Shown: positions 13,648 to 26,012 of the stretch, one piece after another | How the letters are laid out: each line of letters starts with the position of its first letter | Numbering within the stretch: position 1 is the stretch's first letter | Assembly: GCF_006345805.1 (NCBI RefSeq) | Contig: NW_021831994.1 | Location: forward strand, 2,572 to 66,571 | Length of the DNA: 64,000 nt | Direction: 5' to 3' | Source of the DNA: Octopus sinensis | Taxonomy: Eukaryota | The notes under the pieces: generated by a model | What the model was told of the DNA's origin: nothing | Databases searched by the model: none | Seen by the model: the letters and a program-made list of their open reading frames with translations, nothing else | Made by a program: the position numbers and the translations under genes

Positions 13648-14050
13648 TGATATGGGACTATTATTTTGAGACGAAGCGTGTAATTGAAAACCATCGGCCG
13701 GATATTGTTACATTGAATAAGAGAGACAAATACTGTCAGATCATTGATGTAGCCATACCAAATGACATGAATGTTGTAAGTAAAGAAGTTGGAAAAAATA
13801 ACCAAGTACTCCGAATTGAAAGTGAAAATAGCAAGAATGTATGGAATGCGAGAAGGTAACGTAAAATTGAACGGAGTATTTGGGCTCAATCCCACTGAAA
13901 CTTCAAGACTTTTTAAGGCTACTGGAAATCCCATGCAAGATTGATGTCTTGCAAAAAGCAGCCTTATTGGGCACAACGCACATCTTTGGGTAACTATTAT
14001 CTGTCTCAGGTCCAAAGACTCCAGTGCATTTTTACCAACACTGTTTTACG
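13648..14050 (+). mobile_element. Second R4/Dong-type RLE 3' fragment (different subfamily), decayed
   Basis: IWDYYFETKRVIENHRPDIVTLNKRDKYCQIIDVAIPNDMNVVSKE..LQKAALLGT; TAA-rich repeats on both sides. Confidence 0.8.
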
Positions 14051-14084
14051 AAGGAATAATGATAATAATATTAATAATAATAAT

Positions 14085-14277
14085 GATGGTTTCAAATTTT
14101 GCCACAAAAGCAACCATTTGTTGGGGGAGGGGATGTGCCGATTACATTGAACCTAATGTTCAACTGGTACTTAATTTATCGACCCCGAAAAGAGCAAAGT
14201 CAAAGTCGACATCGGTGGAATTTGAACTCCAAGCTTTTCGCCCTGAGTGCTAAGGATTTTGCCAGTTTGCTGCCTTA
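14085..14277 (-). mobile_element. SINE family C variant
   Basis: CAACTGGTACTTAATTTATCGACCCCGAAA..GGAATTTGAACTC. Confidence 0.75.
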
Positions 14278-14697
14278 ACAACAGCAGCAGCAGCAGTAGC
14301 AACAACAACAAAAGCATAGTAATTCAAGATAAAAAAGGAAAACGATAGCAGAAGCGGAGAAATATATAACAAACAACACATACATATATAAATGAAAAGT
14401 AAATATACCGATTCGTCAGTATCCTGTACGACTGGACGGAGAGGATATGAACTAATTGTTAAGTCAACAGAGCGTCAATGGCATTGAAGTATAGACAGAG
14501 TAATGGAGGAAGAGCCGGTGATAATTGTTGTATATGATTGATGATGAGCTAGTGGTAATTTGTAAGATGAAGTGACACAAACAAAATGGATGGCTTCATC
14601 TGTGGGACATGCGCCATCGTTACATAGATGAAACCAAGTATTTCATATACATTATAACATAATATCATATAATATACATTATATATATATACATAAT

Positions 14698-14788
<91 letters not shown>

Positions 14789-15115
14789 ATAACAATATCT
14801 ATATATATAAATAAATATTCTATATATATATATATATAAATAAATATTCTTATATATATAATATATATATATATATATAATATATAATGTATGTATATAT
14901 TATATATATATACGTAATATATAGTATGTATGTATATGTATATATATATGGAGGTTATGAGAGGTATGGTGTCATTGAGACCCAAAGGTGTCAGGTGTCA
15001 GATTATTGGTGATTAATGCTATGGATAGACTATAGTTAAGATCCAGGTTCGGTGATTATGCGAATAAGGGGTCCAACTTGGGTCATATGACAGCGTGTGT
15101 ATATAAAAAAAATAT

Positions 15116-15307
15116 TTTTTCGTAATGAGATAACAAACCAAGGCTGTGTAGATTTTAGAATATGTATATTATATCTTATCTAAATTAACTATTTCTTCTC
15201 ATACCGTCTCCGGTGAAGGGATATAATAAACATCCTAGAAACAGCTGTAAGACCTTTTTATAAATTTTCTAGACTCTTCACAACCTTAGTTTATCTCATT
15301 ACAAAAA
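15116..15307. mobile_element. Fold-back element (~45-bp imperfect arms) enclosing an HHR-like motif
   Basis: TTTTCGTAATGAGATAAC..CCAAGGCTGTG..TAGAA versus TTCTAG..CACAACCTTAGTTTATCTCATTACAAAAA. Confidence 0.7.
15206..15253 (+). ncRNA. Hammerhead-like motif (U4C, A6G)
   Basis: GUCU-CCGGUGA-AGGGAU..AUCCU-A-GAAA-CAGCUG-UA-AGAC; stem I GUCU/AGAC; perfect palindrome ACAGCUGU. Confidence 0.5.
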
Positions 15308-15350
15308 CAAATGTTATATATGTATATATGTATATGTACATATATGTGTA

Positions 15351-15404
<54 letters not shown>

Positions 15405-16247
15405 AGTATATATATAATATATATTCTACAGACAGACACAGGGAAGTTGTTGGTGAACTGCATCAAATCTCGTTCTCAAATATTACATTATTGACACCCT
15501 CCTGCATTATGCGCGCCACGTACTCCTGCAGTTATCCAGATTCATGTGACATAGCTACAGTGGAACAATAAATGGTTATACCTTAAGAAGAAAAGGAAAA
15601 GTGGTGATTATGTATCTATGGAAGGACATACAACCAGATTGATTTGAGGAACGTCACTAGGTACCTAGATTCGACACCAGAGATATTTACGAGATATATG
15701 CATCTAAGCAAATCTGTGTTGTGAAAATAGAGGTGTTACTCCACCGAATTAGACACGCGTTAATCCTTCTCCTATTCAAATAACCTAATAACCAGTTAAG
15801 AATTACATGCTGATAACTAAAGTTTATATATGCACTAATAAAGCATGTTACAACATTTTTTTCCATGTACACTCAGCCTTGACTTTCTTCTTCCTCTCAA
15901 TATGAGACATTTTCTGACAATCTCAAAACTCATGTCCTGATTAAAGGGGCATAGCCTGTTTCTGAAGAATCGTTTCCATTCACCTCAGAACATTTCTTCT
16001 CGTACTCACTCGTTTTTTTCTCGTATATTCTCACCGCATAACCATTAATTGTATGCCTGTCAATGTATGTTTGTACTTGTGTCTAAAATATTCACCTTCA
16101 ACATTTATAGATACTTGCTATTTGAAAAGACAATACTTCTATAAATTTGGTCGCGACCCCGTAGGTAAGAATATATTAGCGAACATGAAAGAAAGCACCA
16201 TGTGGACATCTGAAATAAATGCTAGCATATTCGCAGCAAGCCTAGCA

Positions 16248-16497
16248 TAGGATGATGACGACGAGGATGATGACGACGATGATGATGACGACGGTGATGA
16301 CGGCGATGATCTCGTTGAAGATGATGATGCGGAGGAGGAACAACGATGATGACGCCGATGTCTAGTATGATGATCTTGATGATGATGGTTTTGAAGATAA
16401 GGGTAATAACGATGACGAAGAGGTTGACAACGACGAAGAATATGATGATGATGATGATGATGATGGTAGGTGTTAGTGGTGGTGATAAAGATGATGA

Positions 16498-16529
<32 letters not shown>

Positions 16530-16565
16530 ATAATGAGGATGATGGTGATGAAGATAACACAGTGA
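16248..16565. repeat. Degenerate (GAT/GAC/GGT)n trinucleotide block
   Basis: Directly visible; yields poly-D/H/S/I pseudo-ORFs. Confidence 0.85.
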
Positions 16566-16863
16566 TGACTATTGCAAGTCGTCTCTGACAAAACAGTCAA
16601 AACAAACACTCTAGATGCCAAAATTGAAATTAAAACACTTAAAACTTGTACAGTGATGGACATGGCGATAAATTCTGAATATATCAACGCTTGAAAGGAG
16701 ACAGAGAAATTCCGGAAGTATAAGAAAACTGGAAATGTAATTTCATTTTGCCTTTGTATACATTCTTTAGAACGAAAAGAGCTGCTTTTGATCATTTATA
16801 AGGTTTGCAAAACTGGTTAGAAAGAGTTGAGAAAATTATCCTAAACACTCCTACGCCTCAGCA

Positions 16864-17273
16864 TAGGCGTAGGAGTGGCTGTGTGGTAAGTAGCTTGCTT
16901 ACGGACTACATGGTTCCGGGTTCAGTCACACTGCGTGACACCTTGGGTAAGTGTCTTCTACTATAGCCTCGGGCCGTCCAAAGCTTTGCGAGTGGATTTG
17001 GTAGACGGAAACTGAAAGAAGCTCGTCGTATATATGTATATGTATATATATATATATGCGTGTGTGTGTATATGTTTGTGTGTCTGTGTTTGTCAACCCA
17101 GCATCGCTTGACAACCGATGCTGGTGTGTTTACGTCACCGTAACGTAGCGGTTCGGCAAAAGACACCGATAGAATAAGTACTAGGCTTACAAAGAATAAG
17201 TGATCGACTAAAGGCGGTGGTCCAGCATGGCCACAGTCAAATGACTGAAACAAGTAAAAAGGTAAAAGAGTAA
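16864..17273 (+). mobile_element. SINE family B, full-length
   Basis: Head, CORE-like domain, internal microsatellite and tail all present. Confidence 0.92.
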
Positions 17274-17398
17274 ACTCAAGCCCCCCGCCCCAATTATTGC
17301 AACTTAGTGGAGTGGTATAACGTTACACAGAGGCGAAGTATGAGTATAGATATTGTACATATAACAAGTGTTACAGTGAGTAAAAGAAAGAGGGACAT

Positions 17399-17637
17399 GT
17401 TCCTTCCCGAATCATAGAGGGCCGGTTTTCCGGTTTCATGGCCTATATATAATCCCCACCTGGATAGGACGCTAGTCCATCGCAGGATTACTCATTTTCG
17501 CCAGCTGAGCTGACTGGAGCAAAGTGAAATGAAATGCTTTGCTCAGGAACACAACGCGTCGCCTGGCCCAGGAATCGAAATCACAATCTTCAGTTCACGA
17601 ATCCAACATCCTAAATACTAGGCCACGCTTTTCCACT
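17399..17637 (-). mobile_element. SINE family D
   Basis: Reverse-complement match to the 7101 element (GGGCCGGTTTTCCGGTTTCATGGC..GGATTACTCATTTT..GACTGGAGCAA..GGAATCGAAA). Confidence 0.8.
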
Positions 17638-17689
17638 TACTGTGAGTATGGTACAAAATGAATATTACAATGAGCCCAAGCAAAATATT

Positions 17690-17900
17690 GGTTTCAAATT
17701 TCGGCACAACGCAAACAAGTTCAGAGGAAGGGTTAAGTCAATTGGATCGACCCCAGTACGAAACTGGTACTTAATTTATCGAACACGAAGGCATGAACAG
17801 CAAAGTCGACCTCGACGGAATTTGAACTCAGCCCGTAAAGACGGGCGAAATACCGCTAATCATTTTCCCCGATGTAATAACGACACTGCCAACTCGTCGC
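17690..17900 (-). mobile_element. SINE family C variant
   Basis: ATCGACCCCAGTACGAAACTGGTACTTAATTTATCG..GGAATTTGAACTCAG. Confidence 0.8.
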
Positions 17901-18351
17901 TGTATCTCAATCTAAAATATTTGGCGTAAATATAAGTACACTTGTACACACACTTCAAAAGCACTGGCCTACTAAATTCATCACATTATCTATATAATAA
18001 AAATTCGCTAACATATATCACAGAGGTCAGAATATATAGGATATATTATAAATTCATTTTAATTCCTCTGGGAATGGAAATTAAAATTTATTTAAAAGCG
18101 GTATTTATTAAACGCGGTGTTTACAGGACGCAAAAAAAAGGTGACTGAGATGAAATTTAATACAACAGATGATATCGCTCTGCACGGGGATTTCATCATT
18201 CCGCACCGGTATAAAATGCATACAGATGACAACGTACACATACAAAGATATATGCATATGTGTATGTGTATACCTTTCTGGACAGAGAGAGAGCAGGAGG
18301 AATACCTGCACAAAAACACACGCACACACACATATATATATATATATACAT

Positions 18352-18386
<35 letters not shown>

Positions 18387-18408
18387 CATACACACACACA
18401 CACACACA

Positions 18409-18440
<32 letters not shown>

Positions 18441-18700
18441 GTTTGTATATATGTATATATATATAAAATGGATAGACAGATAGATAGGCAGACAGATAGA
18501 TAGACGTACAGAGATATGCAGATGAAGATGTCTACAGATATCTATCTATTTAACAATCTACCTATTTATATCTAGCTAACTATCTGCTTATCTCTCTCTC
18601 TCTGTATATGTATTTATGTATGTGTGTGTCCGTATATGCTTGCGTATGTGCACGTGGTATGTTTGCGTATGTATGTCTGTATAAATATACATCTATATGC

Positions 18701-18749
<49 letters not shown>

Positions 18750-19461
18750 CAGATAGACAGGCTGATACGGGTATATAAAGTCACGTGTCGTGCGTAAAAT
18801 CTAAATAAATAGACTTTCATGAAAAAGGCGAGGGTAGGGATGAATGACACACGAAAGTACACACCTCCCCGCTCATCACAAAAAGTAACGGAAACGGAAA
18901 TATGTAGAAATACTTGTGAAATACTTGAAGAATATTGTCAATTCTCTGAGTAAATTTACTCTGTCAGGAAATCTCTTCAAGTCAAGAATTGTCTCATAAC
19001 GTTCAGAATCTCATAACGGCCAGTGCTGTTTGATTAAGAGTAGAAACGAGTGGCTCTGTTTAAGAAAAGAACATTATAAGACAAAGGATTTGGCAAACAA
19101 CACACACATACACACACACTCTCAAACACATATACATGAAAATATAAATCCAGCCACATATTGATATTGTTACATACACACACACACAGCAGCATGCAAA
19201 ACCAACGTACTCAGACTGATACACATTCACATAATTACATACATTAACGGTGAGAGAGCCGGGAAGGAAGGGCAGCAATGACATAGAAAGAGAGAAAAGG
19301 GCAGAGAAAGAATGAGGAAACAGAAAGAGCGTGAGAGAGAAAGACGACTGTGTTTCAAAGAGACTTATAGATAGACAGTTTCGTTATCAATTGCCCAGCA
19401 TTCTCCGAAAACACTAGTCTCCAGATTGGATTTTCTGAGTATAATATAACATACCAAACAT

Positions 19462-19895
19462 GCATGGCCGTGTGGTTAAGAAGCTCGCTTAGTTTCAAGT
19501 TCAGTCCGACAGCACAGCACTTTGGCCTTCTACTTTGGCGCCGGGCCTATCAATGCCTTGTAAGTGAATTTAGTAGACGGCAACTATGTGGAATTCCGTT
19601 ATAAACGTGTGTGTGCGTGCGTGTGTGTATGTGTGTATGAGTATACGTGTGTGCGCGTGTGTGTGTAAGTGTGTGTGTGTGTGTATGAGTGTGTGAGTAT
19701 GAGTGTGTATCCTACCGTTCGAGAACCGATCTTGTTTTGTTTCCATACTTGTTCTTTAGCGGTTCAGGGAAAGATACAGACAAAATTAGAACTAGTTTTT
19801 AAAACGTACTGGGGTCTATTTGTTGGGATACATCCTCTAATGTAGTGCCCTAACATAAGCGAATTCCAATGACTGAAGCAAGTAAAAGATTAGAA
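19462..19895 (+). mobile_element. Old SINE family B copy with expanded (TG)n
   Basis: Degenerate head, CORE-like domain and tail (AATGACTGAAGCAAGTAAAAGA). Confidence 0.7.
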
Positions 19896-20316
19896 AGAAA
19901 AGGTTACTTCTTACTTTATTTCAGCAACCACGACTCAGCTCTAGACTTCAAACTTCAATCCGAGACATGAATTCGTCTAAAGTGATATTCATACCTTCCT
20001 GAAAAGATATCGTTGACCAGGTATCGAAATGCGATTTACCGCTAAATTTGTAGTATCAGCATCCCAGATGGCGGATACGTGAGTATAGTGTGCTAAAACG
20101 TTAGAAACAACATTGAAAATCGACAAATTTATTGTGCATTTTCTTGAACGAATCTTGAAAGTAATTTTCTTGCTGCCCTAAAGACGGATCAGCATTTGTG
20201 TGAACCCTTGCTCACGTTGGGTGCAGTTTCACATAAAAATACTTATTAAAGCCGTAGGTGACTTTGAGAGGGCCTGAACCCATAGTGCAGGAGCAAATAA
20301 GGAAACGAAACTGTCG

Positions 20317-20590
20317 CTCCGTCGGTTATGATTACGAGGGTTCCAGGTGATCCTAACAATGGAAGAGTCAGCTCGTGAAATGAACGTGCAAGTGACTGAG
20401 TACTCCACAGACACGCGTACCTTTAACATAGTTCTCAGGGAAATTCAGCATGACACAGAAAGTGATATGTCTGGCTCCTCGAAACCGTCGTACTACCCAT
20501 TACATTAGACGAGTGTACTAGAAATGCGCAATAAATTGTCTTGGTCGAGGACGCATCACACTAAACCACGTGACAACACGCATGCCATCC
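20317..20590 (-). mobile_element. SINE with family A tail type 1, diverged
   Basis: GCTCCGTCGGTTATGATTACGAGGGTTCC..CTCCACAGACACGCGTACC matches the 4019 tail. Confidence 0.7.
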
Positions 20591-21382
20591 GACTTTTAAA
20601 CGATTCAGCCAATACATCTCCGATCTAGCTGAAGTAATTGTAATTTATAGCTTGAGAATACAATCGCTAAATTATCTGACAAAATTCTCAAATATATATT
20701 TATTTACACCTATTTACTTTTACTAGCACAATCAATTATATTACATTTGAATAAGCGACTTTAGTTTTCTCCTCATCTATATTCTATTAAATTTTAAATT
20801 TTTGTTTCAATCATTTATTTAACCAGTTAGAGGGTATCAAATAGTCTTGAACCACGCGTTTTAGTTCGTAGATACAGAGATATTAAGAGCGGTTTTACTC
20901 AGCAAAGTTTTGATAACGGTTTGAGGGGAAAATAAATATCTGACATTTCAGGAAGTCCATAATTATTCTTTTATGCATAATATATTACTCTGTAATATAA
21001 CTTACTTCAAAGGACACGTTCTTTCGATTTGCTCGTAGAGAAAATAGGTAAATTTCCTTCAAACTCCACTAAACAAAAACAAAACAATCGCGTTTGATAT
21101 CGTTGTTTATTATGTGAGAAAACAAAAAAAAATACGAAATATAAATATGCTTCATTATCGTTTTTCAGCGGAAAATACTAAGTTAGTAGTCAATGACCGA
21201 GTGTTTTGCGCATGACATTTGATAAATGCCAAGCAGGAAACTCTCGGTCCATTTTGTAATTCCTGCCTAGAAAAATAATATGCACCCTCGTATATTGAGT
21301 TCTATTGATCTCTTGGTTGTGCCTAATTTGGTCATATCTATGTATGTATGTATGTATGTATGTATCTATCTATCTATCTCTC

Positions 21383-21413
<31 letters not shown>

Positions 21414-21472
21414 GCTATATATATATATATATATGTATATAATATAATAATTATATGTATATGTATATTATA

Positions 21473-21528
<56 letters not shown>

Positions 21529-21530
21529 AA

Positions 21531-21850
21531 ATAAACAACAGGATGTCCAGAGATGATGCAGTACGATCGTTTCAAGCGACTCCATTTAATTAAACAATGG
21601 AATACGCACTTTAATTTAAACACAAGTCTATCCTCACTTGCATAAATAAATAGAATTTTCTTAATCAGTCGGATGCATTTTCATAATTTTACTTAAATAC
21701 TTGAACAGAGTATTTAGGATAGCCCTGCATTTAAATCGATATAATGACTGCATTGTTCAATTAAATGGATCCGATTGAAACGGTCGTACTGCATCACCCC
21801 TGGATATCCTGTTGCTTATATTGTTTTTATTCGCCTTATTTTGAAGTTAT
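21531..21850. mobile_element. Fold-back PLE-type element with two inverted HHR-like units (family shared with 50225)
   Basis: Left CAACAGGATGTCCAGAGATGATGCAGTACGATCGTTTCAA..CCATTTAATT is the reverse complement of right AATTAAATGG..TTGAAACGGTCGTACTGCATCACCCCTGGATATCCTGTTG. Confidence 0.75.
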
Positions 21851-21923
21851 ACAGTTAATACCGCAGTAATATTTGTTGATTCAATTAAGTACCTAATTCA
21901 TCTGAATCTCAATTATTTAGCTT

Positions 21924-22014
<91 letters not shown>

Positions 22015-22470
22015 AGTTATGGTATAATATGTTAAGAACGTAGTAGAGTAGAGTTTAAAGCTCGTCCACCTTCAGATTTCACCGTGTGTTATCCAGTAAG
22101 TAGTATTATGCGTACTTCCAGATTTGTGTTTGGGATTCTGTACTGTGTGAACAGATCACTAAAATAAAGTCAACAAGAAGAAGCACGGTTGGACATTTGT
22201 TTTCAATGACTACAATTGTTTCTACTCAATGTAGTTCTCCAAACATGCAGTTAGTTGACTATGTAACTGTCTCCCTGCATTATGAGAGGCAGACGATATG
22301 TAAACGTTGTCTCCGTGATTTTAAATTCTTTGATTCAAGATCATCTTCTCGGTTAGTGGTTATCTGGAGTGAGTAGTACCCACTGAGTTTATCAAAAGAT
22401 GTTTTGTGGCTGAAGATCCGCTGAGAAAATACTCTGAATGTGTAGATGTAGTAGGACGGTGAGCCTATAT

Positions 22471-22538
<68 letters not shown>

Positions 22539-22741
22539 GTGTGTGTATGTGTGTGTATGTATACAAGCACACAGAAACAAACATACATATATATTTATAG
22601 GTATATATATTTAAATCTTATGTACTTGAGAATGGTGAGGTAATGTGAATTATATAGCTAACATGATTGTGAAACAGCTGTAAAGTAATGGTATAAATAC
22701 CAGCTCTCTCGCTTTTTTTCTCTCATCTGATCAATTGCTAC

Positions 22742-22785
<44 letters not shown>

Positions 22786-23186
22786 TTGCCCGTGTGTGCG
22801 TGCGTGTGTGTTTGTGTTTGTCCCACATTACCGCTTGACAAATGGTACTTGTTTGTTTCCGCAACTTAACGTGTCGGGAATAGCGAAAGATAATACAGTT
22901 ATAAAAACAAATTAACCTCGGTACTGCCGTGGAAGAAATGCTTTCAATCAAGGATTTCCTTGTTTGTGCTATCGTGGACCTGACAATAGCTACAACATGT
23001 TTGCGTAACTGTTATATTTGTAAATCTATGCCTAATATTACCACGCTACACTTCTATTTTCATATATTTCTATATATTTCTATATATTTCTTTTCTTGCA
23101 TTTGGTTTCCATAAGCTGTACTTATGTCTGAATGGAATGTAACCTACCAATCTGTCTTTCTTTCTTTCTCTCTCTTTCTGTATATA

Positions 23187-23223
<37 letters not shown>

Positions 23224-23231
<8 letters not shown>

Positions 23232-23455
23232 AATATGTTACATTACTCGATAGTCAAGATAAAACTCTGAGTTTCAGATGCCGAAGTGGAAATCCACAAC
23301 ACCGGTTATCTGGCCAGATAACCGAAGAGATGGTGTTGTGGATTTCAGAGTTTTATCTTGACTATCGGGTAATGTAACATATTATTGTATAGATAAATTT
23401 CCTCTATTTACATAATATTGAGGTCTCTTCTTTCTTTTGTTATCTTACCGTTTTA

Positions 23456-23460
<5 letters not shown>
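23224..23460. mobile_element. Spacer-less palindromic element (arms 23224-23313 and 23314-23391) with split HHR, inside (TA)n
   Basis: Central perfect 20-bp palindrome GGTTATCTGG|CCAGATAACC; outer arms TATACAATAATATGTTACATTAC..AAAACTCTGA and its reverse complement. Confidence 0.85.
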
Positions 23461-23511
<51 letters not shown>

Positions 23512-25254
23512 ACCAGGCATATCTCAATAAATACCTTATATTTTATTAAACTGCATTTCTTTACGCTTCTTTTTTACCTATGCACGCCTCATACTATAAG
23601 TAAATATTTATGATATATCACATAATGCTATATTTTTATACCTTTATTGCACATATGATATCACTCCGTTCCTTATAGTGATGTAAGTATGTGACATGTT
23701 ATCCAATTATATTTTATAATACATATCCCAACTCAGTGAACCATATTTCATCCCATGCAAAACATCTAACCACGTTTTTTTTCTCGTTATATTGCAACAT
23801 ACCGCACCATAATAATTTAGCCAATATATATTCTTACCGATCATTGTATAAGGTTCTACACATATCCTTTGCTTGATAAAATGTAAGTATACCAAATATG
23901 TGGTTCATCCAAAATCGTTGCAAGATATTTTAGAGTTGTTTAACAATACACCTGCACTGTGGTAGCCTGTTTCCTTCTTAGACTCTATTGTTGGACAATC
24001 ATTTAGCAACACACAAAATCTTCAAGGTAAACTTTAGATATATTTCATGAATGTGACACAAAATTATCGTCGCCTATTTGTGGGTTGGTCTCTGATACAA
24101 GCCAAAGAGAAAATGAGGAAATTTTCGTCAAACTATCAATTCAGTCACTAGATCGCAGTGATGCGACGGAATGTTTGAGACCGCATGAATTAGATTTAAA
24201 TTAAAAGTGAATTGAACAGCTTTAGGAATTTTTAAATGGGCTTACCACGAATGAGTCACTTTTCAAGATAGGTTTCCGCATTCTTTCTTTTATTATTCTT
24301 TTTAGAATTAAAAAAAGATATTGTTTTGTCTGTGAAGAAATCATCTTTGTTAACGTTGGTCTTTCTGTGAAAAAGGTCGCCATTCTCGAATCTTAACTCC
24401 GTGTTTACGATTCCTGTTTTAATGTAGCAAGAGCTTATTTACGTTTCATGCTCTCAAACTTTACTACTATTTCTAATTTGTTTACTTTTGTTATCCATTA
24501 GATAATTATATTTATAGTATAACAGCGTTTATTATTTGCAAAGAATTCACTTCTAATTGCAGTTACTTCTATGCTCCTCCTCCTTCTTTTCCTCCACCTC
24601 TCTCTCTCACAGACACACGCACACATGCTCTCTTTCACTCACTGTCTCTTCTTCAGTTTCTCCGAAAATTCACTCCTGAAGTCATCCTCCCGTAGCAAAG
24701 GTGAATTAATTTAAAAGCTGTCATTAATTTTTATTGTTTCTTAATCAAACCTAGCAGATGAATTCAATTAATACCCTTTAATAAAAGTATAATTGGAACC
24801 AACTAAAGTGTTAATACCTATTAACTTTTTACTATTCTCCTTTGACTTTATTTAAACATCTCCAATTGTTCTTGTGTGTGTGTGTGTGTGATTTTTTTTT
24901 TTATTAGTTCCAACTAAACAATAACAAACTAAATTAAAGATCGATAACTAAATAACATTAATTCTTTCAAAGTTTTACATTAGGTGATTCTGAAAACAAA
25001 TTGCTTTGGCTTACTTTAGGCGAGTGAGTTCATTAGGTAAAAGAAAACAATGGCATCGAAAACGAATAGAAAGCTTCCATGTTTGCAATGTTTCGTTCTT
25101 AATTAAATTATAGATTATTCCTACATAAGTCTATTATTATCAGTAGTATTATTACTGCATTCAATTTTCAATTATATTTTTCTTTCTATATATATATTTC
25201 CAAGGCATATTGAGGTGTAAGCAATATATTACAATGACAACAACAACAGCAATT

Positions 25255-25354
25255 ATTTCTATTATTATTATTATCATTATTATTATTATCATTATTATTA
25301 TTATTATCATTATTATTATATTATTATTATTATTATATTATTATTATTATTATT

Positions 25355-25392
<38 letters not shown>

Positions 25393-25394
25393 TG
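25255..25394. repeat. (TAT)n then (CAT)n
   Basis: Directly visible. Confidence 0.95.
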
Positions 25395-25777
25395 CCGGAG
25401 ATGCACTACGGTAACAACTGTTCACTACCAGTGAACTAAGGTAACACCTCTAATTTTTTCGAGCACCTTCCGGTGTATTGGATCAGTTCCAAGCAGTGCT
25501 GTTTTCTGCAAGTGCTCCACCTTTATTACAGCCCCTATTTGTTCCGTGTGCCTCTCAAGATTTTTACTCATTGTTCCCAGGGCTCCGTCAATTATTGGCA
25601 CTACTACCACCTTTTCCATCGACCACAACCGCTTAACTTCCCAAGCTAACCTATCATATCTGTCGATTTTTTCTTTCTTCCTTATCGCATACCTTGTTGT
25701 CAGCTGGGCATGCTATATTTTTGATCCGGTATAGTTTGATTCCTTTCTCAATTAAAACTGTCTGGCTTCCTATTTTC

Positions 25778-25778
<1 letters not shown>
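25395..25778 (-). mobile_element. Third R4/Dong-type RLE 3' fragment
   Basis: Minus strand: ENRKPD..KIDRYDRLAWEVKRLWSMEKVVVVPII.GALG..LQKTALLGT..RKVLE; (TAA)n on the element strand at both sides. Confidence 0.82.
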
Positions 25779-25811
<33 letters not shown>

Positions 25812-26012
25812 GTATTATTATTAGTTTATTCTTCTTCTTCTTCTTCTTCTTCTTTCTTCTTCTTCTTCTCTTCTTCTTATATTATTATTATTATTAATTA
25901 TTATTATTATATTATTATTATTATTATTATTATTATTACATTCCAGTTCATGTGTCCTCTGAGTTAACTTTGCTTTTCATCCCTTCGTAAACGATAAAAT
26001 AATATACAAGTA

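Noticed and set aside
16139-16795. 218-aa ORF with poly-I/H/S tracts
   Set aside because: Degenerate GAT trinucleotide repeat that is open in several frames; flanks have no recognisable domain.
20050-20085. IPDGGY peptide before a GTGAGT donor (SLC16-like motif)
   Set aside because: Only ~25 nt open, weak acceptor, no supporting downstream exon.
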